Assembly: GCF_009914755.1 (NCBI RefSeq)
Contig: NC_060935.1
DNA from: the human T2T-CHM13v2.0 reference genome, Homo sapiens
Direction: 5' to 3' (one strand)
Length of the DNA: 64,000 nt
Part shown: positions 54,901 to 64,000 of the stretch, piece after piece
Position numbering within the stretch: position 1 is the stretch's first letter
Layout of the letters: each line of letters begins with the position of its first letter
The notes under the pieces: generated by a model
The model's database searches: none
Seen by the model: only the letters and a program-made list of their open reading frames with translations
What the model was told of the DNA's origin: nothing
Made by a program: the position numbers and the translations under genes

Positions 54901-57900
54901 TCTGCAAGTGGACATTTGGAGGGCTTTGAGGCCTGTGGTGGAAAAGGAAAATCTTCACATAAAAACTAGATGGAAGCATTCTCAGAAACTACTTTGTGAT
55001 GATTGCATTCGACTCACAGAGTTGAACATTCCTATAGATAGAGCAGGTTGTAAACAATCTTTTTGTAGAATCTGCGATTGGAGATTTGGACTGCTTTGAG
55101 GCCTACTGTAGTAAAGGAAATAACTTCATCTAAAAACCAAACGGAAGCATTCACAGACAATTCTTAGTGATCATTGGATTGAACTAACAGAGCTGAACAT
55201 TCCTTTAGATGGCGCAGTTTCCAAACACACTTTCTGTAGAATCTGCAAGTGGATATTTGGACCTCTCTGAGGATTTCGTTGGAAACGGGATATACTTCCC
55301 AGAACTACACGGAAACATTCTGAGAAACTTCTTTGTGATGTTTGCATTCAACTCACAGAGTTGAACCTTGCTTTCATAGTTCAGCTTTCAAACACTCTTT
55401 TTGTAGAATCTGCAAGTGGATATTTGGACCACTTTGTGGCCTTCCTTCGAAACGGGTATATCTTCACATCAAAGCTAGACAGAAGCATTCTCAGAATGTT
55501 TCCTGTGATGACTGCATTCAACTCACAGAGGTGAACAATCCTGCTGATGGAGCAGTTTTGAAACTCTCTTTCTTTGGATTCTGCAAGTGGATATGTGGAC
55601 CTCTGTGAAGATTTCGTTGGAAAAGTGTTCATCTTCACAGAAAAACTAAACAGGAGCATTCTCAGAAACTGCTTTGTGATGTTTGTGTTCCACTTCAGGA
55701 ATTGAACTTTCCTCTTGACAGAGCAGCTCTGAAACCCTCTTTTTCTAGAATCTGCAAGTGGACATTTGGAGGGCTTTGAGGCCTGTGGTGGAAAACGAAA
55801 ATCTTCACATAAAAACTAGATGGAAGCATTCTCAGAAACTACTTTGTGATGATTGCATTCGACTCACAGAGTTAAACATTCCTATAGAGAGAGCAGGTTG
55901 TAAACAATCTTTTTGTAGAATCTGCGATTGGAGATTTGGACTGCTTTGAGGCCTACTGTAGTAAAGGAAATAACTTCATTTAAAAACCAAACGGAAGCAT
56001 TCACAGACAATTCTTAGTGATCATTGGATTGAACTAACAGAGCTGAACATTCCTTTAGATGGCACAGTTTCCAAACACACTTTCTGTAGAATCTGCAAGT
56101 GGATATTTGGACCTCTCTGAGGATTTCGTTGGAAACGGGATAAACTTCCCAGAACTACACGGAAGCATTCTGAGAAACTTCTTTGTGATGTTTGCATTCA
56201 ACTCACAGAGTTGAACCTTGCTTTCATAGTTCAGCTTTCAAACACTCTTTTTGTAGAATCTGCAAGTAGATATTTGGACCACTTTGTGGCCTTCCTTCGA
56301 AACGGGTATATCTTCACATCAAACCTAGACAGAAGCATTCTCAGAATGTTTCCTGTGATGACTGCATTCAACTCACAGAGGTGAACAATCCTGTTGATGG
56401 AGCAGTTTTGAAACTCTCTTTCTTTGGATTCTGCATGTGGATATGTGGACCTCTGTGAAGATTTCGTTGGAAACGGGTTCATCTTCACAGAAAAACTAAA
56501 CAGGAGCATTCTCAGAAACTGCTTTGTGATGTTTGTGTTCCACTTCAGGAATTGAACTTTCCTCTTGACAGAGTAGCTCTGAAACCCTCTTTTTCTAGAA
56601 TCTGCAAGTGGACATTTGGAGGGCTTTGAGGCCTGTGGTGGAAAAGGAAAATCTTCACATAAAAACTAGATGGAAGCATTCTCAGAAACTACTTTGTGAT
56701 GATTGCATTCGACTCACAGAGTTGAACATTCCTATAGATAGAGCAGGTTGTAAACAATCTTTTTGTAGAATCTGCGATTGGAGATTTGGACTGCTTTGAG
56801 GCCTACTGTAGTAAAGGAAAGAACTTCATCTAAAAACCAAACGGAAGCATTCACAGACAATTTTTAGTGATGATTTGATTGAACTAACCGAGCTGAACAT
56901 TCCTTTAGATGGAGCCGTTTCCAAACACACTTTCTGTAGAATCTGCAAGTGGACATTTGGACCTCTCTGAGGGTTTCGTTGGAAACGGGATAAACTTCCC
57001 AGAACTACACGGAAGCATTCTGAGAAACTTCTTTGTGATGTTTGCATTCAACTCACAGAGTTGAACCTTGCTTTCATAATTCAGCTTTCAAACACTCTTT
57101 TTGTAGAATCTGCAAGTGGATATTCGGACCACTTTGTGGCCTTCCTTCGAAACGGGTATATCTTCACATCAAACCTAGACAGAAGCATTCTCAGAATGTT
57201 TCCTGTGATGACTGCATTCAACTCACAGAGGTGAACAATCCTGTTGATGGAGCAGTTTTGAAACTCTCTTTCTTTGGATTCTGCAAGTGGATATGTGGAC
57301 CTCTGTGAAGATTTCGTTGGAAACGGGTTCATCTTCACAGAAAAACTAAACAGGAGCATTCTCAGAAACTGCTTTGTGATGTTTGTGTTCCACTTCAAGA
57401 ATTGAACTTTCCTCTTGACAGAGCAGCTCTGAAACCCTCTTTTTCTAGAATCTGCAAGTGGACATTTGGAGGGCTTTGAGGCCTGTGGTGGAAAAGGAAA
57501 ATCTTCACATAAAAACTAGATGGAAGCATTCTCAGAAACTACTTTGTGATGATTGCATTCGACCCACAGAGTTGAACATTCCTATAGATAGAGCAGGTTG
57601 TAAAGAATCTTTTTGTAGAATCTGCGATTGGAGATTTGCACTGCTTTGAGGCCTACTGTAGTAAAGGAAATAACTTCATCTAAAAACCAAACGGAAGCAT
57701 TCACAGACAATTCTTAGTGATCATTGGATTGAACTAACAGAGCTGAACATGCCTTTAGATGGCGCAGTTTCCAAACACACTTTCTGTAGAATCTGCAAGT
57801 GGATATTTGGACCTCTCTGAGGATTTCGTTGGAAACGGGATAAACTTCCCAGAACTACACGGAAGCATTCTGAGAAACTTCTTTGTGATGTTTGCATTCA

Positions 57901-60850
57901 ACTCACAGAGTTGAACCTTGCTTTCATAGTTCAGCTTTCAAACACTCTTTTTGTAGAATCTGCAAGTGGATATTTGGACCACTTTGTGGCCTTCCTTCGA
58001 AACGGGTATATCTTCACATCAAACCTAGACAGAAGCATTCTCAGAATGTTTCCTGTGATGACTGCATTCAACTCACAGAGGTGAACAATCCTGTTGATGG
58101 AGCAGTTTTGAAACTGTCTTTCTTTGGATTCTGCAAGTGGATATGTGGACCTCTGTGAAGATTTCGTTGGAAACGGGTTCATCTTCACAGAAAAACTAAA
58201 CAGGAGCATTCTCAGAAACTGCTTTGTGATGTTTGTGTTCCACTTCAGGAATTGAACTTTCCTCTTGACAGAGCAGCTCTGAAACCCTCTTTTTCTAGAA
58301 TCTGCAAGTGGACATTTGGAGGGCTTTGAGGCCTGTGGTGGAAAAGGAAAATCTTCACATAAAAACTAGATGGAAGCATTCTCGGAAACTACTTTGTGAT
58401 GATTGCATTCGACTCACGGAGTTGAACATTCCTATAGATAGAGCAGGTTGTAAACAATCTTTTTGTAGAATCTGCGATTGGAGATTTGGACTGCTTTGAG
58501 GCCTACTGTAGTAAAGGAAATAACTTCATCTAAAAACCAAACGGAAGCATTCACAGACAATTCTTAGTGATCATTGGATTGAACTAACAGAGCTGAACAT
58601 TCCTTTAGATGGAGCAGTTTCCAAACACACTTTCTGTAGAATCTGCAAGTGGACATTTGGACCTCTCTGAGGATTTCGTTGGAAACGGGATAAACTTCCC
58701 AGAACTACACGGAAGCATTGTGAGAAACTTCTTTGTGATGTTTGCATTCAACTCACAGAGTTGAACCTTGCTTTCATAGTTCAGCTTTCAAACACTCTTT
58801 TTGTAGAATCTGCAAGTGGATATTTGGACCACTTTGTGGCCTTCCTTCGAAACGGGTATATCTTCACATCAAACCTAGACAGAAGCATTCTCAGAATGTT
58901 TCCTGTGATGACTGCATTCAACTCACAGAGGTGAACAATCCTGCTGATGGAGCAGTTTTGAAACTCTCTTTCTTTGGATTCTGCAAGTGGATATGTGGAC
59001 CTCTGTGAAGATTTCGTTGGAAACGGGTTCATCTTCACAGAAAAACTAAACAGGAGCATTCTCAGAAACTGCTTTGTGATGTTTGTGTTCCACTTCAGGA
59101 ATTGAACTTTCCTCTTGACAGAGCAGCTCTGAAACCCTCTTTTCTAGAATCTGCAAGTGGACATTTGGAGGGCTTTGAGGCCTGTGGTGGAAAAGGAAAA
59201 TCTTCACATAAAAACTAGATGGAAGCATTCTCAGAAACTACTTTGTGATGATTGCATTCGACTCACAGAGTTGAACATTCCTATAGATAGAGCAGGTTGT
59301 AAACAATCTTTTCGTAGAATCTGCGATTGGAGATTTGGACTGCTTTGAGGCCTACTGTAGTAAAGGAAATAACTTCATCTAAAAACCAAACGGAAGCATT
59401 CACAGACAATTCTTAGTGATCATTGGATTGAACTAACAGAGCTGAACATTCCTTTAGATGGAGCAGTTTCCAAACACACTTTCTGTAGAATCTGCCAGTG
59501 GATATTTTGACCTCTCTGAGGGTTTCGTTGGAAAAGGGATAAACTTCCCAAAACTACACGGAAGCATTCTGAGAAACTTCTTTGTGATGTTTGCATTCAA
59601 CTCACAGGGTTGAAACTTGCTTTCATAGTTCAGCTTTCAAACACTCTTTTTGTAGAATCTGCAAGTGGATATTTGGACCACTTTGTGGCCTTCCTTCGAA
59701 ACGGGTATATCTTCACATCAAACCTAGACAGAAGCATTCTCAGAATGTTTCCTGTGATGACTGCATTCAACTCTCAGAGGTGAACAATCCTGTTGATGGA
59801 GCAGTTTTGAAACTCTCTTTCTTTGGATTCTGCAAGTGGATATGTGGACCTCTGTGAACATTTCGTTGGAAACGGGTTCATCTTCACAGAAAAACTAAAC
59901 AGGAGCATTCTCAGAAACTGCTTTGTGATGTTTGTGTTCCACTTCAGGAATTGAACTTTCCTCTTGACAGAGCAGCTCTGAAACCCTCTTTTTCTAGAAT
60001 CTGCAAGTGGACATTTGGAGGGCTTTGAGGCCTGTGGTGGAAAAGGAAAATCTTCACATAAAAACTAGATGGAATCATTCTCAGAAACTACTTTGTGATG
60101 ATTGCATTCGACTCACAGAGTTGAACATTCCTATAGATAGAGCAGGTTGTAAACAATCTTTTTGTAGAATCTGCGATTGGAGATTTGGACTGCTTTGAGG
60201 CCTACTGTAGTAAAGGAAAGAACTTCATCTAAAAACCAAACGGAAGCATTCACAGACAATTCTTAGTGATCATTGGATTGAACTAACAGAGCTGAACATT
60301 CCTTTAGATGGAGCAGTTTCCAAACACACTTTCTGTAGAATCTGCAAGTGGATATTTGGACCTCTCTGAGGATTTCGTTGGAAACGGGATAAACTTCCCA
60401 GAACTACACGGAAGCATTCTGAGAATGTTCTTTGTGATGTTTGCATTCAACTCACAGAGTTGAACATGGCTTTCATATTTCAGCTTTCAAACACTCTTTT
60501 TGTAGAATCTGCAAGTGGATATTTGGACCACTTTGTGGCCTTCCTTCGAAACGGGTATATCTTCACATCAAAGCTAGACAGAAGCATTCTCAGAATGTTT
60601 CCTGTGATGACTGCATTCAACTCACAGAGGTGAAAAATCCTGTTGATGGAGCAGTTTTGAAACTCTCTTTCTTTGGATTCTGCAAGTGGATATGTGGACC
60701 TCTGTGAAGATTTCGTTGGAAACGGGTTCATCTTCACAGAAAAACTAAACAGGAGCATTCTCAGAAACTGCTTTGTGATGTTTGTGTTCCACTTCAAGAA
60801 TTGAACTTTCCTCTTGACAGAGCAGCTCTGAAACCCTCTTTTTCTAGAAT
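51950..60850 (+). repeat. Dispersed duplication: ~51950-53200 recurs at ~59600-60850 (offset 7649 bp, 9 HORs)
   Basis: Shared rare variants: cacagggttgaaact, tggaatcatt, ggaaagaact, gagaatgttc, gaacatggctttcatatt, gtgaaaaatc. Confidence 0.85.
53590..56000 (+). repeat. Older tandem duplication with 1700-bp period
   Basis: tatacttccc 53591/55291, aaagctagac 53771/55471, aaaagtgttc 53921/55621, gaaaacgaaa 54091/55791, cctatagaga 54181/55881, taacttcatt 54271/55971. Several private differences separate the copies. Confidence 0.85.
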
Positions 60851-63800
60851 CTGCAAGTGGACATTTGGAGGGCTTTGAGGCCTGTGGTGGAAAAGGAAAA
60901 TCTTCACATAAAAACTAGATGGAAGCATTCTCAGAAACTACTTTGTGATGATTGCATTCGACTCACAGAGTTGAACATTCCTATAGATAGAGCAGGTTGT
61001 AAACAATCTTTTTGTAGAATCTGCGATTGGAGATTTGGACTGCTTTGAGGCCTACTGTAGTAAAGGAAATAACTTCATCTAAAAACCAAACGGAAGCATT
61101 CACAGACAATTCTTAGTGATCATTGGATTGAACTAACAGAGCTGAACATTCCTTTAGATGGCGCAGTTTCCAAACACACTTTCTGTAGAATCTGCAAGTG
61201 GATATTTGGACTTCTCTGAGGATTTCGTTGGAAACGGGATAAATTTCCCAGAACTACACGGAAGCATTGTGAGAAACTTCTTTGTGATGTTTGCATTCAA
61301 CTCACAGAGTTGAACCTTGCTTTCATAGTTCAGCTTTCAAACCCTCTTTTTGTAGAATCTGCAAGTGGATATTTGGGCCACTTTGGGGCCTTCCTTCGAA
61401 ACGGGTATATCTTCACATCAAACCTAGACAGAAGCATTCTCAGAATGTTTCCTGTGATGACTGCATTCAACTCACAGAGGTGAACAATCCTGCTGATGGA
61501 GCAGTTTTGAAACTCTCTTTCTTTGGATTCTGCAAGTGGATATGTGGACCTCTGTGAAGATTTCGTTGGAAACGTGTTCATCTTCACAGAAAAACTAAAC
61601 AGGAGCATTCTCAGAAACTGCTTTGTGATGTTTGTGTTCCACTTCAAGAATTGAACTTTCCTCTTGACAGAGCAGCTCTGAAACCCTATTTTTCTAGAAT
61701 CTGCAAGTGGACATTTGGAGGGCTTTGAGGCCTGTGGTGGAAAAGGAAAATCTTCACATAAAAACTAGATGGAAGCATTCTCAGAAACTACTTTGTGATG
61801 ATTGCATTCGACTCACAGAGTTGAACATTCCTATAGATAGAGCAGGTTGTAAACAATCTTTTTCTAGAATCTGTGATTGGAGATTTGGACAGCTTTGAGG
61901 CCTACTGTAGTAAAGGAAATAACTTCATCTAAAAACCAAACGGAAGCATTCACAGACAATTCTTAGTGATCATTGGATTGAACTAACAGAGCTGAACATT
62001 CCTTTAGATGGAGCAGTTTCCAAACCCACTTTCTGTAGAATCTGCAAGTGGATATTTGGACTTCTCTGAGGATTTCGTTGGAAACGGGATAAACTTCCCA
62101 GAACTACAGGGAAGCATTGTGAGAAACTTCTTTGTGATGTTTGCATTCAACTCACAGAGTTGAACCTTGCTTTCATAGTTCAGCTTTCAAACACTCTTTT
62201 TGTAGAATCTGCAAGTGGATATTTAGACCACTTTGTGGCCTTCCTTCGAAACGGGTATATCTTCACATCAAACCTAGACAGAAGCATTCTCAGAATGTTT
62301 CCTGTGAAGACTGCATTCAACTCACAGAGATGAACAATCCTGTTGATGGAGCACTTTGGAAACTCTCTTTCTTGGGATTCTGCAAGTTGATATGTGGACC
62401 TCTGTGAAGATTTCGTTGGAAACGGGTTCATCTTCACAGAAAAACTAAACAGAAGCATTCTCAAAAACTACTTTGTGATGTTTGTGTTCCACTTCAAGAA
62501 TTGAACTTTCCTCTTGACAGAGCAGCTCTGAAAACCTCTTTTTCTAGAATCTGCAAGTGGACATTTGGAGGGCTTTGAGGCCTGTGGTGGAAAAGGAAAA
62601 TCTTCACATAAAAACTAGATGGAAGCATTCTCAGAAACTACTTTGAGATGATTGCATTCGACTCACAGAGTTGAACATTCCTATAGATAGAGCAGGTTGT
62701 AAACAATCTTTTTCTAGAATCTGCGATTGGAGATTTGGACTGCTTTGAGGCCTACTGTAGTAAAGGAAATAACTTCATCTAAAAACCAAACGGAAGCATT
62801 CACAGACAATTCTTAGTGATCATTGGATTGAACTAACACAGCTGAACATTCCTTTAGATGGAGCAGTTTCCAAACACACTTTCTGTAGAATCTGCAAGTG
62901 GATATTTGGACCACTCTGAGGATTTCGTTGGAAACGGGATAAACTTCCCAGAACTACACGGAAGCATTCTGAGAAACTTCTTTGTGATGTTTGCATTCAA
63001 CTCACAGAGTTGAACCTTGCTTTCATAGTTCAGCTTTCAAACACTCTTTTTGTAGAATCTGCAAGTGGATATTTGGACCACTTTGTGGCCTTCCTTCGAA
63101 ACGGGTATATCTTCACATCAAACCTAGACAGAAGCATTCTCAGAATGTTTCCTGTGATGACTGCATTCAACTCACAGAGGTGAACAATCCTGCTGATGGA
63201 GCAGTTTTGAAACTCTCTTTCTTTGGATTCTGCAAGTGGATATGTGGACCTCTGTGAAGATTTCGTTGGAAACGGGTTCATCTTCACAGAAAAACTAAAC
63301 AGAAGCATTCTCAGAAACTGCTTTGTGATGTTTGTGTTCCACTTCAGGAATTGAACTTTCCTCTTGACAGAGCAGCTCTGAAACCCTCTTATTCTATAAT
63401 CTGCAAGTGGACATTTGGAGTGCTTTGAGGCCTGTGGTGGAAAAGGAAAATCTTCACATAAAAACTAGATGGAAGCATTCTCAGAAACTACTTTGTGATG
63501 ATTGCATTCGACTCACAGAGTTGAACATTCCTATAGATAGAGCAGGTTGTAAACAATCTTTTTGTAGAAAATGCGATTGGAGATTTGGACTGCTTTGAGG
63601 CCTACTGTAGTAAAGGAAATAACTTCATCTAAAAACCAAACGGAAGCATTCACAGACAATTCTTAGTGATCATTGGATTGAACTAACAGAGCTGAACATT
63701 CCTTTAGATGGCGCAGTTTCCAAACCCACTTTCTGTAGAATCTGCAAGTGGATATTTGGACTTCTCTGAGGATTTCGTTGGAAACGGGATAAACTTCCCA

Positions 63801-64000
63801 GAACTACACGGAAGCATTGTGAGAAACTTCTTTGTGATGTTTGCATTCAACTCACAGAGTTGAACCTTGCTTTCATAGTTCAGCTTTCAAACACTCTTTT
63901 TGTAGAATCTGCAAGTGGATATTTGGACCACTTTGTGGCCTTCCTTCGAAACGGGTATATCTTCACATCAAACCTAGACAGAAGCATTCTCAGAATGTTT

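Larger units (their letters stand above)
1..64000 (+). repeat. Alpha-satellite higher-order repeat array, 850-bp pentamer (SF3), most likely human chr11 D11Z1 / S3C11H1L
   Basis: Tandem ~170-bp monomers carry the alphoid motifs (cattctcagaaact, tagaatctgcaagtggatatttgg, CENP-B boxes). Near-identical units recur every 848-850 bp (ORF-track starts 13, 862, 1712 ... 63407). XbaI TCTAGA normally occurs once per unit (e.g. 848-853). The three-B plus two-A monomer order is the SF3 pentamer, and a plain 0.85-kb XbaI 5-mer is the known D11Z1 unit (DXZ1 is a 12-mer, D17Z1 a 16-mer). Alpha-satellite identity is near certain; the chr11 assignment is from recall, not alignment. Confidence 0.93.

Noticed and set aside
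13-63598. About 220 short ORFs (MDIWRALRP..., MHSTHRVEP..., MLLFSFSVK...) repeated on both strands
   Set aside because: They are 60-105 aa chance frames recurring with the 850-bp period. They mostly use GTG/TTG starts, overlap on opposite strands, and are freely broken by stops and frameshifts. There is no evidence of coding function.
1-64000. CRISPR-like or other prokaryotic repeat-spacer system
   Set aside because: There are no unique spacers and no cas or other genes. The recurring motifs are conserved parts of ~170-bp alphoid monomers.
1-64000. Inversions, L1/Alu insertions or embedded non-satellite sequence
   Set aside because: Unit spacing is 848-850 bp throughout except for the two 680-bp units, and orientation never changes. 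There is no room for an insertion.
1-64000. Assignment to DXZ1, D17Z1 or chr1 SF3 arrays
   Set aside because: Those have longer HORs (12-, 16- and 11-mers) with diverged internal pentamers. Here adjacent pentamers are nearly identical.
1-64000. Selection to keep at least one CENP-B box per HOR
   Set aside because: With about 18 and 5 losses in 75 non-independent units, seeing no double loss is not statistically informative.

Overview
The whole 64 kb window is one uninterrupted, head-to-tail centromeric alpha-satellite array on a single strand. It contains no genes, transposons or CRISPR. The unit is an 850-bp pentameric higher-order repeat (HOR) with monomers of 171/168/170/171/170 bp by my count and about 75.7 copies. 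Each HOR has three B-type monomers (two with canonical CENP-B boxes, one degenerate) and two A-type monomers, with normally one XbaI site per unit. This matches suprachromosomal family 3 and best fits the human chromosome 11 live array D11Z1 (S3C11H1L). All ORFs in the track are artefacts of the repeat. I found no novel coding system. What is informative is the internal architecture, read from shared variants. There are nested duplications (about 14 kb at offsets 18.7/20.4 kb, plus periods of 4.25, 5.1, 1.7, 2.38 and 7.65 kb) and two copies of a 4-mer HOR missing one monomer. There are also chimeric HORs, region-specific CENP-B box knockouts, and a switch from a recently amplified left domain to a more diverged right domain at about 45-51 kb. 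Variants were read by eye, so counts and breakpoints are approximate.
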